From assembly GCA_951406725.2 (NCBI GenBank), contig OX597818.1, forward strand, positions 102,362,001-102,426,000: a DNA stretch of 64,000 nucleotides. Direction: 5' to 3'. Below, piece after piece: positions 13,217-26,443 of the stretch. Numbering within the stretch: position 1 is the stretch's first letter; every line of letters begins with the position of its first letter. The position numbers and the translations under genes are program-made. This stretch comes from Octopus vulgaris (taxonomy: Eukaryota). Under the pieces are notes generated by a model. That model made no database searches. It saw only the letters and a program-made list of their open reading frames with translations, and was not told the DNA's origin.

Positions 13217-14240
13217 ATTGACCGAGAGTGGGGAGTCGAGAATCAATCAAACCCAGTCAGCACGGGAATGATCTTGGAAACGAATACGATTATTCATTCG
13301 AAGGGCGAACGAAATGCAAACAACTTTGGTTGCAAGCTGTGCTATAGAACCTTTGCAACTGTGAGAAGCTTCAAGATACATCAGGGAAAGACTTGTGAGA
13401 AGAGGACAGATCAGTGTGGATCATCAGATCGTAAAACACGTGGCAAATCATCCCCGGACTTAAACCACAGCGGATCGATAAATGCTACAGCAGAGACCTC
13501 TTCACCTGATGAAACTACAAGTCATGGAACTGGTGCATCTGATAATACTCAGAGGAAACCGAGGGTTTTCTGGCCTGCTGCTAATGAGAAAGTGAAATAT
13601 AAAGAGATTGAAAACAAAGTTTGTCGGGCTCTTTATAAAATGACAGGCCCTACAGTGGAGAAACTGGGTAAATTATCAAGCTCAATATACGATATAGGAA
13701 AATATTTATTTTGAGTAAAAGAGAATATCCGACTAGAGAAAGGAAAGTGTGGAGCAAGCCACCGTAACCAGCCGCTGCTACCTCTACATGGGCTAAATCA
13801 TCTCTCGGGACCTGATATCGAATTCCAGATTGGGGACATCAGGAAGAGAGAGGTGAATGACTTCGTAAGAAAAGCTAGAGCAAAGAGTGTCCCAGGAGGT
13901 GATGGTGTCTCATATAAATAATGTGAAGTCGGATGGGATGTAGAAGGTTCGTTGGACACAGTGTGAGACGACTGTTGTTATCGCTAGGCCTAAATCATCG
14001 TAAAGTCAATACCACCATGACTGATATCCAATCTACAGTGGAGAAGGCTAGCTACTGGATTTGGTTAAAAAGAGACGATGAGCGATGGCTAGAAAGTTAT
14101 TGAGCTTAACTTGATAACCAGCTGATCTAGCAAGCGGGGCCTCATATCTGTGAGGGGGGCCGGTGCGCATTGATGCCGTCGAGAGGTAGGCCCCGAAACG
14201 GCGCGCATTCTCTCCTGATGACCCCATACACTTGCTGGCT
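13217..14240 (+). mobile_element. Internally deleted HERO-like (R2-group, REL endonuclease) non-LTR retrotransposon
   Basis: N-terminal zinc finger CKLC...HQGKTC; RVFWPAANEK; pre-RT motif EVNDFVRKARAKSVPGGDGVSYK (~13820-13918); abrupt jump to C-terminal VEKASYWIWLKR; stop at 14101-14103; structured 3' UTR. Confidence 0.8.
14127..14238 (+). ncRNA. Pseudoknotted hammerhead-like structured RNA in the HERO 3' UTR
   Basis: GUC 14178-80, GAAA 14195-98 and CUGAUGA 14215-21, with seven complementary helices (see findings). Confidence 0.6.
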
Positions 14241-15099
14241 TCTGGAATATGGAGATTTTGACTGGTAGCACTTGCATGTGCAAGTTGTTTGCAGGACATA
14301 GTTATATCTAAAAAAAATGTATCGATGGTCTTTTTGAAGCCAAAGGCTCATAAGACTTGCTTCTCGGATTCTGTGGTATATACATAAACTTCAATTGGAA
14401 GCCGGTCATCTGCAGGATTATTCATATTTACCAGCTGTGCGCACTGGAACAACATGAAATGAAGTTTTTTACCAAAAAATAAAAATGCATCTTCCAATGC
14501 AAGATTCTGACCACAATCTTACAATCATAAGTGCAACACCCTAATCCATAAGTCACCCGCCTCTGCATACACGGACGTAGCGTCTGTACATGATGTACAA
14601 ATAACTGAAATTGTATACATTCATGCATTCTTCAGTTATTCTCACCAACCAAAATATCGGAACGTATTGCAATGGAATTCTTTACTTTAACACATTTGAT
14701 TGTGATGTATTAGCACCAGTTATACTGAATAGTACGGAAATAAAATTATAGAAAGAATCATATTTACCTATTTGCTCTGTATAAAATTATACTACTGCTA
14801 TGTTGCTGTGTGCAAAACTTAAAATCGCTTGATATCACTTGATTTATACAAATGCTTTGTGTATATGTTACGGTTATAATAGGATTACTGTCTGAATTAA
14901 GTGTCGACGTAACATGTTATGGATCGCTGTATATAATGTTAAGATAATTTATGGTGTTAAAATAAATATATTATTCAACAATGCATGATATTTTAAATTA
15001 GAGGTATGACATTTAACTCTCTCCAGTAGTGGGGTCCTCGTTCCAAACTTCACGGTTTTCAGGATTGTGGACGACTTCTTACCACTATTGTCCCCATGC

Positions 15100-15520
15100 C
15101 TACTCTGATCTAGAGAAGTAGCTCCTTAACTATTGGTTAACTAGCAAGACATTTGGGAGTACGAAACTCGTAGACACTAACTAGAAACTACCCGACTAAA
15201 AAGGGAAGCCCTGATTCCAAAACTCCTCTGCTTTGCAGCTGTACCTTACCATGGGGAGGGCTTCGTGACAAACCCTAAGGAAAAGTCCGGATTCAGATAA
15301 CACATCCTCATTCTGGCAACTTCTGCGCTTGTGCTTGTGCTAAAATGAAATGGCCGTGATGTTCCTCTGGATTCGTCGGTGACGTGAAGAGAAGGAACAC
15401 TCCACATGGACAGCAGCTTGTCTCCACCGCATCCTCCCCTCTGTTGGGTACTATTGTGTACCCTATACTGGAAAGACTGTTCCAGTAGACCCGATGCTAG
15501 CATTTTCATCAATGGTTATT
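15100..15520 (+). mobile_element. Probable degraded LINE (RTE/RTEX-like) 5' region
   Basis: GC-richer island whose motif order resembles RTE-type 5' UTRs (recognition from memory); no ORF support. Confidence 0.3.
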
Positions 15521-18500
15521 AAAGACAACTGAAGTCTCCAAATAAGTCTATGAAGTTATATTATCATTTTGTATATTGCTCAAATCTGAAAAACTGTATA
15601 CTACAAAAGGACACTGCTGTATGCTTACTTAATTTAGTTTTCTTTCATATTTGTCGTACCTCATAATTTACAATACTCACATCAAAGTTTATATCCGCTA
15701 TAGATTTAACTTACTTCGTAATAACGTTTTAAGTTCGCTCAACTTATTCCCAGAAAGATTAATTATTTTCTCAATTGAAATTCTGTTTAAAAATAGCAGA
15801 TATATATTATTTTAAAATGTGATGTGTATTGTCAATTTTGAGCTGCTGTGTTAATCACATATCTGTACGCTGTATCGTGCTATATTTCTACGAATGGTTT
15901 GATATAGTTAGGTACATGGGATTAAAATATATTTGATTAACTTCCTTATCACAATTTCTAATTAGCTACAGACGATGTTATGAATAAATTTGCATAAAAT
16001 TTTGGAAACCACCATAGATTGATACTCGTTCAATTCAATGTAAATAGCAATTTTGGTTATCTAATTAACTAATAAATCAATTAATGTGTACGGCATTATT
16101 AATGAATTAACTAGAAAATTCGATGAATATGTCCTTGGGGTATACTTATCGTTTTTCTTTCACGTATACTCGTACATATATATACATACACACACACACA
16201 TAAAACACGCACACATACACAGATATATACTTGGGGACATATGGATGTATATGTATGTATAGGCACACACCTATGCAACAAAATGCTCTCATCATCGTTC
16301 GTATTGTAGGAACGATGATGAGAGAATTTTGTAAAATGAAAAGGTCTAAAGAAAAACAAATATGTATATGTCGGGCTTCAAACACTTTTGCTTCCTTGTT
16401 TGGCTTCCTTTTCTTATTTCATTTAGATTTGATTACCATTGCTTATACTTCATCTCATTTCTTATATCATTCTCCTTTGCTTCCATTTCTTTCCTTTATA
16501 CCTAGGGGTTTTTATTAGACTTGTCCGTTATTTTCCCTCGCCATTTTCTGTATTTGAGGCATCGAAACAATGAGTGTATGTATGAATTTCTCAGTGCACG
16601 GCGACAAACACTTCACAATCTGAGTAAGAAGCAAGAAATATCAATTTATACCTAACGTGTCTGCATAAATAATATTGCATTTTGTATTTGCATCATATTA
16701 TATATCATATGTGTTTACGTGTTTGTATACATATCTATGCAAATATCTGTGCATTTTGTTCGCATGTAAGGGCATAAGAAGAGTTTGTGTATAATTTACC
16801 TCAATGCAATGAAATTATATTTTCCAACACTAGATTCTGATTAGCATACAATAAATTGTATATTTTGTTTCTTGATTGGAGTAACTTACTTGAATGAATA
16901 CTATACATACTTATGTATACAGGGAAATGCATGCACGTTTCAGAGATTTTAAATAGGCATTAAATTGATTCTCATGTTGTAGAAATTCAAAAGGAAAAAA
17001 TTTCAAAAGAAAACAAAAATCATACGTCAGAATGATCCAAAATAAAGGCAAAAAATATAGTCACCCTTACCGTCCACCCAATTCATCCACCAGGCTTGGA
17101 TGCAATTGATAAAAATACTTTCATTTTGTCTGTCAACCGCAGATATGACGTCGCCATCACTGCCATACGCGTTACAAGCCAAGTGTTTGTTTTCATATTA
17201 GGGAACAGATGATTCATTATTGCCTTCTTTTTCATTGTAATTATAGAAAGATACTTAGATTTTGGAGATTATTTCCCTTGGTTTATTCTTAAATAATTTA
17301 AATAATATATTTGTAGAATTTCACAATGTGAACATGTATTAATATGCCATCAATTTCTGATAAGTAGCTTAGCACATTAATACAATGTATTTATAGTTTG
17401 CACGTGTCGATTTATAAATGTTTACAGATAACAATAATTATCGTTACGGAATACATTCTAATTCGGAGATGATGTACGAAATGACGATGTCAGTAAATGT
17501 TTAAACAAAGCAGTACAGATATGTAATTATATTAAACCTCAGCTTAAAGCATTAGTGAAGAAATTAAAGTAGATATAATTGCATTGCCTGCGTAAATGTG
17601 ACGCATATATGGCAATAAATCACAGTGAAGATCTTGCTATTAATCCCTGGAATAATCTAATAAAACACGCTAAAAAGGAAATGAGGCTGATCAACATAAA
17701 TATTCTGATGGAAATATATTAAAGATTTGTTTACCACAGAAGACTATATAGAATGTATACTGCACATAATGATTTAGTACCAACTTCTACCCAGCGATGT
17801 AACTTTCCCTACCCAACAAGTCATTGTATTTAGTGAAAGAATATTACGACACATGTGACATATATTTTAAATATATACGATAAATATAAACTTCAGTGAA
17901 ATTAATTTGATATCGATTTAATATTGAGTTCTATGTCGAGCATATTTTTCATTCGTCCGTATATATTTAAGTACTTTAAACGTTGTTCTACTGACTATCA
18001 ACGTTTTGTCTGTTGCCACTTATGATAGACGAGCAAAACGCTCCCCTGTCCAATGGACTGTGCTGAGTTGTCAAACAATTAAGCCAAATTTTCTCAAAAC
18101 AACTTGTCCGACCGTCCGATAAGCCTCCCCTTTGAGAAACACTGATTTAACATAGATTTGAGACACCAGCAAAAGAAGAAATAAAGTTGGACTTTTTTTT
18201 TCTATTCCACAGAAAAACGATTTCCCACGGCTTTATTGATCGCATTCTCATCTGGAAACGTTTTTTGTAATTTTTTCAAGATTTATACACGCCCTGATAC
18301 CGTTGGTATCTCCATATGATATTTGAGCGCAATCAGATGGACGATGCCCGAGATCCTAGAAGACACACACACAGAAAGACAGAACGGATTTTATATAAGA
18401 GATAATATGTAGCAGATGAGTTTGGGAAGGATTTTAATTTCCCTTTTAAACAAACTACGCATATGTACAAACATGCAATATTTTAAAGTTCAGCTTCATT

Positions 18501-18927
18501 CATATGTCAACTTCTATGAATCCTATCGAAATTTAATCATATATAAACAGTGAATTCAATTAAATATAGCGTTAAATAATTTTAGGCCACCGATTCCTGT
18601 AAATTAATTCTAATGAGAAAACATCATTCACCGTTACGTCAAGATGTCTCCAAACGCGATATTACGAAGAAGTTTTCTATCTGAGAGCGTCTAACCGTTA
18701 ATAGAATCCGAATGGTGTAAACACGGCCGCATGTAAAATAAGATAGCTAAATCATGTTACAGTTGAACTGTATAAACGTTGTTTTGTCGTAAGAAGGTGC
18801 AAGCATAGTTTTATGGTTAGGAGATGGTTCCAAGTTCAATCATGGTACGAAGCACCTTGAGGAAGTGCTTTTTACAATAGTTTTGTGAGTGGATTTCGTA
18901 GACGGGAATTAAAAGAAAATCGTTGTG

Positions 18928-18980
<53 letters not shown>

Positions 18981-18982
<2 letters not shown>

Positions 18983-19393
18983 TAATAGTTATCGCCAAGC
19001 TAATATGGCAGTCCATAAATATAGGAGAAAGCTGCCGTTGATTAGCTCCAAGAGGCCATCGCCTCTAGCAAGCTATATGATACACGAACAAGGGAGATCA
19101 GCCGCTTCTCCTTGCAAGTCAGCCATCTGCAGACATGTTTCAGGGTATTTGCCCTTTATCAATGCAGAGTAGCCGAACCTAGCAGGGGTCGCTGCTGACC
19201 GTATGTTCGAAGGATTATTTACCTAAATTGAGTGGAATACATGCAATGATTTTCAAAAATAGAAATATTATTATTTCTAAGTCTCTCTAAAGGAGACTAC
19301 GGCAGCGGTACTGCATATTAATAGTTATCGCGGAGCTAATATGGCAGTCCATAAATATAGGACGAAAGCTACTGTTGATTAGCTCCAAGAGGC
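18981..19393 (-). mobile_element. ~336-bp unit with ~75-bp terminal direct repeat, diverged homolog of the 353-bp hammerhead unit
   Basis: attaatagttatcgc...ctccaagaggc at 18981-19055 and 19317-19393; same motif and hairpin order as 2205-2391. Confidence 0.75.
19126..19168 (-). ncRNA. Degenerate type I minimal hammerhead
   Basis: Minus: UCUGCA-uUGAUaA-AGGG(caaaua)CCCU-GAAA-C(au)GUC-UGCAGA; all stems perfect, two transitions in the CUGAUGA box. Confidence 0.75.
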
Positions 19394-20368
19394 TAGGGTC
19401 TATAATAGAATACAATTTCCGAAAATAGCATACAGTGGAACTGAACCAAGACACTTGTGGTTGGAAAGCAATCTTCATACCACACAACCAAACCTACACC
19501 TATAAAAAAATTACAAACGCTCTTAGTCTATTTTCCAATCTTGTATTCTCATCAGCGATACATACAAACATAGAACAATACTTATTTATACATATCATCA
19601 CTATTATTCACATAGGGGGCTTGGAAGTCTCATAAGCAATGACTTCTCCTTCAGATACAGCGAATACATATATGTGCGTTTCTTTTTCCTGCGTATTCGT
19701 GTGTGCGTCTGTGTGTATGTGGTGGGGCGTCTGTTTAATCTTCAGAAATGTAAATAAACAAATCGCCGCCAGCCAACTACTTATCTCGAAAAATCTCTAA
19801 TTTTCAAATGTTTTTCTTGTAGCATTATTCAACTGCTCGATGTTACTAAGGTAACTGCCAATTATATTGCTTATTAATTTTACAGGACATCAATACAAAA
19901 ATTTTATGATTCTCTCTATTGATCCAATCATATCGTTCTTTTTATGTAAAAGCACAAAATAATACGGAAAAAGAATATTAATACGATTTTATGCATTATT
20001 TATATCTAAATATCTAGGCGCATTGAATGATATAGAAGAAAGTATTGTTTCAAAGACTAGATTATATTTACATCTTAATAGATTAACATTCGTTAACTGT
20101 CTAAGGGAGTGCTTGAATAGTTATAGGTAAAATCCATGAAATCACTCCCAAAGGATTCACACGTCCGCACACTCAGGCACATATGCACATGCGCATATGC
20201 ATACGCAAATGCATGAATACACGTGCACATTGTATTGCGTTGGTGCACCAGCAAAGCTCATGAGAAATCACAGATGCAGGTTGCAAATATATGGGTGGGT
20301 GTTCTACGCGTGTTTATGCGTGCCAGTGTTTGCGTATTAGTGTGTGTGTTTGATCTATTAGAAATATG

Positions 20369-20425
<57 letters not shown>

Positions 20426-20797
20426 AGGATTGCCAACTTCATATTTAGACATTTTCAAGTGATTTTCTCTTCTTGTTCAATTGCTTAATGTTACTAAATT
20501 GACTGCCAGACAAACTATCAATTACGTAAATTTACAAGACATCTATTGAAAAATCTCATGATGCTTACAATTGATCAAATGGTACTATTCTCGTTAAGTA
20601 CAAGCGTATAAACAATACCATTAATATAGTTTAGTAAAAATAGGAATTAACATTACGATTGAACGTATTATTTACTTGTAAGCATGATTAAAACGATCAT
20701 TCATAGACTGAAGCTATTATTTCCCTCTTAATAGATTTAATGAGTTAGCCGAGGGATAGGTCAAATTGCCGTTGGTACACACCCCCACACACATATA

Positions 20798-21000
20798 TAC
20801 AAGGGGATACTGAAACAGAACCGAGGAAGATCAGTTAATTAAGATTTTTTCAACATGTTCCCCTCTCAGATTCACACACTTATTGCAGAAGTACTTTACT
20901 TTTTCTAACCCCAGTAAATGAACTCGAAATGTTGAGTTTCCAGCCTGGCCTTTCGCGAGAACCTTGAAGCTAAGAACATTTTAGCACCTCCGACCCACGT
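20798..21000 (-). mobile_element. Mariner-derived MITE, degenerate
   Basis: Reverse-complement homolog of 36832-37050. Confidence 0.6.
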
Positions 21001-21274
21001 GTATATATATATATATATGTATAAGAAGGGAAGACCACTAAGAGGACATGCAATATGCTAGATGTAGATCACCTACGAACTAACCACAAAGGAAAAGAAT
21101 GATCTCTAGAAAAATTCAGCAAACACCAAAACATAAGCGGAGTACGACAAATGAAAATATACACAATAAAGAATTAATTGCAGACTAGCTTCGCCATTAA
21201 CAATTTTACTTACGTAACAATGTCTGTGGCTCTTCAGTACGACCGTTCTAATTCGATATTATATGTAGAACTAT

Positions 21275-21418
<144 letters not shown>

Positions 21419-22044
21419 ACGAGGACGTGAATGCATTTATGCTCGTAGGAATTCGCATTAAGCGTGGAAGTGAAGGCTTTATGAAAATCGAAATCAGCAG
21501 ATTTTAATTGTATATACTTCATGGGCATTTGCTTCGCATGCGTTGACCAAGCATACCAGCACAGTTTGATCACTTTACAAACATGACCCAGAGACCTTCA
21601 TGGAGAATGTTTGCTACTCTAGAGTATTTTTCACATCATATTTACTAAATATTGATCACGAATCAGAATTTCATTTCACTACATCATAATCTTCACTCTA
21701 AGTTGGTGATAATTTTAAGTTAGTCTGCGCGTTGTATCGGCGGGACATTTCTGGCATTATTTCAGCGCAATTTCCGATCTTGGCATAACTACAGACGGAA
21801 ATAGCATTGATATATACACTTACATATAAACATATATACACACACACACATGCATACATATACACGTATACACACACATACATACATATATGTCAAAGTA
21901 TATTCATATATATATATATATAGAGAGAGAGAGGAGAGCGAAGGGAAAGGGAGAGTATTTATATGCATATATACAGATACATATGTGTGTGTGGGTCTAC
22001 GTATGTATATATATGTATGTATATATATATATATATATATCTAG

Positions 22045-22082
<38 letters not shown>

Positions 22083-22732
22083 AGGAAGAGGGAGAGCGAG
22101 GGAGAGAGAGACAGTATTTACATGCATATATACAGATATATATGCGTGAGTGTGTGTGTGTGTGTACGTATGTATATATATATATATATATATTATCATG
22201 TGCATTTTGTAAGTTATGCATGCATATCCGGTTATATTCGTATGTGGAGTTCGTTTGTGTATTTGTAACTATTCATAGAACCATAGAATGAATCTTCAGC
22301 GTTGTCTCATTCGTTTACATATTTCTATCATGGAACATACAGAGAAAACGATACATCCGAGATCGAACATATTTTCCGAATCATCTGTATATATATTTTG
22401 GAATACGTAACCTTGATTATGTTATATTCTGATATATATCGTAATTACAGTACATGACTAAATTAGAACTGTGTATATTCTAGTTACTGACACTGCTATG
22501 AAAAAACGAGACCGTGTTGGGGTTTTACCATTACGTTTTGTTGCTGAATCAGTTTTCTAAATTGTACCGGGGTGCTTATATTTGGATTGGAAGTCTAACA
22601 CCTATTTCCTCGTACGCTTTTGCTGAGCCGCTAATGCAATGGGTTATAAACATACCAGCATTGGTTGTGAAGCGGTGGCGGAGGGACAAACAGAGAGACA
22701 CGGACACGCACAATGATACACACATAGGTGTA

Positions 22733-22778
<46 letters not shown>

Positions 22779-22792
22779 CACGCATATATATA

Positions 22793-23129
22793 AAGGTAAA
22801 GACCCCCTTCGGTCATGAATGACCATGGGATTGCACCTAGAAAGTTACCCTCCTAGACACAAGTCCGGGCAAGGTTGTTTATGGAAGGCCAGCAGTCGCC
22901 CATGCATACCAGCCTCCCCTCTCCACACCACCAGTGTTATCCAAGGGAAAGACAAAGGTCGATACAGCTTGGCACCAGTGACGTCGCAACTCATTTCTAC
23001 AGCTGAGTGAACTGGAGCAACGTGAAATAAAGTGCCTTGCTCGAGAACACAACACGCAGCCCGGTCCGGGATTCGAGCTCACAACCTCACGATCGTAAGC
23101 TCGACGCTCTAACCACTGAGCCATGCGCA
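22793..23129 (-). mobile_element. tRNA-derived SINE (family B-related)
   Basis: Minus head gcgcatggctcagtggttagagcg (A box)...gagctcgaatcc (B box); body gcaaggcactttatttcacgttgctcca shared with 34949-35200. Confidence 0.85.
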
Positions 23130-23186
23130 TACATATATTCATATATACATACGTATACATATATATATATATACACACATATATAC

Positions 23187-23253
<67 letters not shown>

Positions 23254-25817
23254 TATATGTGTATATATCCATTTGTAGACATATGTATCGATATATGTGT
23301 GCGCGTGTTTATTGCTTGTTTTTGATGTGGTTTCTCTCCGCCTGGATAAACCGTCACAGCGACAATGTACCCACAATGTTACAAGCTCCTACAGACATAA
23401 CGGCATTGCAGAGGCACAGCGACAAAGCGAATCACATCAACTTCCTGTGTTCAGTACGAATAGACCACCAGACAGAAACCCCCGGCCACGCATGGGATTG
23501 GTTGGCTACAGTCGGACACTGTGCCCATCGCCATTTTCGATGTAGTGTCTCTGATCATCGTCAACAATGACGGAAAAACTATATGAATGTTTGTTCCTTG
23601 GTTCGGCCTTCTTAAATGTACGGGTCAAGCTTCTTATGCACATCAGGGATTCTAAATTTTATAGTAACCTATGTCTAAAACATAAGTATGAAAATAAGAT
23701 TTCAATACTCCATTTGTACGCAGAGTATTGACTAGCCAGATATCAGGACTCTATATCCACATAATATTTGACAATGTTTGCTCATCGGCCTGAAGTGCTT
23801 CAGGAGAAAAGTTTTAAAAAGAAACCACAAGAATAATTACACAAAAAATTATGAAATTATTCTATAAATGGGCAGTGGGATAGAATTTCTTGTTTAAATA
23901 TTTCTTGTAAATAAAAAGCCAACGCATAAAATACGCGTATTCATTGAATATTGATATTGTATAATATTACAAAAGGACAATGAACTTTCGCATATTAATG
24001 CATATCTGAAGAAATGCCGAGATAATGCGTGAAATATCGAAGACTTTTAAAAAAGAATGTAAATCGACTGGGATTTAAAAGTAATGATTGGGAATTTCCT
24101 ATAGATATGGGCACACACACACACATACATCTGTGTGTGCGCGCGGTTCCGTCAATTATTATTTCCTCATTACATGTAATGCAATTTTACAGAATTTATA
24201 TTCACCTAATGACCAATGGAATATTTTACTTACTAGAAACTGATTTTCTTTTATAGTTGTACATGCATTGTCTTCTATTTGCTAGGCTGCATTTTCGATA
24301 TCACAAATTAATTCTCTCTCGACAACAAAGACACATCTATTACCTTTTGTTTGAGAACATCTACTACCCGTTATATACCAAGAAGATCCCTGCCCTTGTG
24401 TATGACAGAGACGCCGTTTGATAAAATAGTGGTCAGTGGTCTTGAGTCTACTTCTAAAAAACCTTCCGGATGTATACTAAATTTAACTGAAGTATTTAGC
24501 TTTGAATAGAATAGTATGGCTTCTAATTCATCATTTTCTGTGTCATTTTAGTCAATCAAATGAAGGACCGAATATATAAGCATGCTGCAATGTGCAACTC
24601 TTGCCAATTTAAATCGGATTTAAGCTAGATAATTCGTTTATAAAGCATCTTAATCCTTCATATGTATATGAATGGTTAGAAGTAAAAATTAGGCCGAGGA
24701 ATAGAACTAGAGAATGTTTCTACAAGGTTGAACGTGCGCAAGCCCAAAATTTGTGATCAGCATCAAACTCTTGTACATACAAATTAATAACTATGTATTT
24801 AATAAAATATATTGAGTAATCCATCTTATTAAATATAATTGTACATACCTTGCCAAAATTTTCTTTCATTTGGGCAATTATACTCTTGTTTTAGATAGAA
24901 AGGGAAATGAAGATGAACATCTTATTTCTTGTTATAGATGTAAAGCTTTTGGCTACTTAAGGGAGGCCCTTCGTTACCATAAGAAAGGCCCTCCTTACCA
25001 TAAGAAAACAACGTAGCTGTCGAAAAAGCTATAATTCATATTAGAAATATTAGTTCATATTCATTAATATTTTTTCTGTTGATTATATCTTCCGTTTTCT
25101 ATCTCTGACATAGCAAAGCCATTGCGCTATAAATCTCGTAAGAAAATTACATCGGGTTTAGACGACTGAAAAGAATGTGCAATATGAAATTAAAACATCG
25201 CAATAACAACTAGCAAGACCTCCACCTCCGCGCGTTTGACACATGCATATGTATCTTCTGTTGAGAAAAATATTGTGGAGCAGGTATTTTACTGAAATCA
25301 AAGTCAATCTCACAAGACAAAATTTCGAGAACATTAAAGAATTTACGATTTCGTAACTAAATTAATAAATTACAAAATATTCTGAACCTTTTCGCAAAGC
25401 CTTTTCTGATATTCCTGTGTATATATAAAAACAGCGGGCACGATTCTCGGTAACCATCTAAAGCCAGCTAACGATGTTAGCATTAAGTGCAAGTGCTTTT
25501 CTTTTGTTATATAGGGGAAGAAAGCATAACACTTAAATATTAAAATTCTCTAAGTTCGGATCTTTTCTATTCTGAAGCCAGTTTTTTCAAATTTTTCCTA
25601 CTGAACCAAACAATTTGAAACTTCGTATACTGGTAGAATGTGTCAAAAGTAAACTTAATTGTAAACCAGAATGAAAACGGAATTGTAACTTCTAAGTTTA
25701 ACGTTGTTTAATAATTAGAATTTTAACCAATGATATTCCGTCATTCGGCTTTATTTTATTTACTCCGTCTCGACCACCAATTTCGTGACGTGTTAAACAT
25801 CTTAAATGTAAACAAGC

Positions 25818-26114
25818 GTGTGTGAAGAGACAGAGAGAGTAATGTGTGAAAGAGAGAGATAACTGAAATTTTTTACTCGGTGTATGTCTGCATGTATGTG
25901 TGTGTATGTATGTGTAAGTATGTGTGTGTGTGTATGTATGTGTGTGTGTGTATGTATGTATGGCCGATTCATCGTAATTACGATGAATCGGCCATACATA
26001 CATAGATACATACACACACACACATACATGCATACAGACATATACACAGACACCGAGTAAAAATTTCAGTTATCTCTCTCTTTCACACAGTACTCTCTCT
26101 GTCTCTTCACACAC
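25818..26114. repeat. ~300-bp spacerless palindrome inside the MITE
   Basis: Centre ...ggccgattcatcgtaa|ttacgatgaatcggcc... between 25977 and 25978; outer arms gtgtgtgaagagacag... / ...ctgtctcttcacacac. Confidence 0.9.
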
Positions 26115-26378
26115 ACTAACAGAAGCACTTCACTTACACAACATACTGTCTGTCTCCCACACTCCATCAAACACACACACACACACACATTTACATCAAT
26201 GCTTCCCCTAGACGGTAACTTCAAAGACAAACTTCCCTCGTCATAAAATCGCTTCCTCTTAGTCTCTTTCGCTCTCATTACTTATGTAAAAAAATAAAAG
26301 TTTTTTACGGAAATCGACGGAAAACTTGTGCTACGACAAGAGAAACTTGGCCGAAATTGAATATTAAAAAAGCAAAGA

Positions 26379-26443
26379 GTTGGCAGAAACGTTAGCACGC
26401 CGGGCGAAATGCGTAGCCGTATTTCGTCTGCCGTTACGTTCTG
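26379..26443 (+). mobile_element. SINE family C 5' fragment
   Basis: gttggcagaaacgttagcacgccgggcgaaatgc is homologous to the copies at 32931 and 50366. Confidence 0.6.

Noticed and set aside
17065-17190. Possible minus-strand exon ending at a gtaagg donor
   Set aside because: In-frame stop upstream, no convincing acceptor and no recognisable protein.
21205-21245. Minus-strand CTGAAGA-GCCACA... possible hammerhead
   Set aside because: GAAA box and the 3' arm of stem II are too degraded to support.
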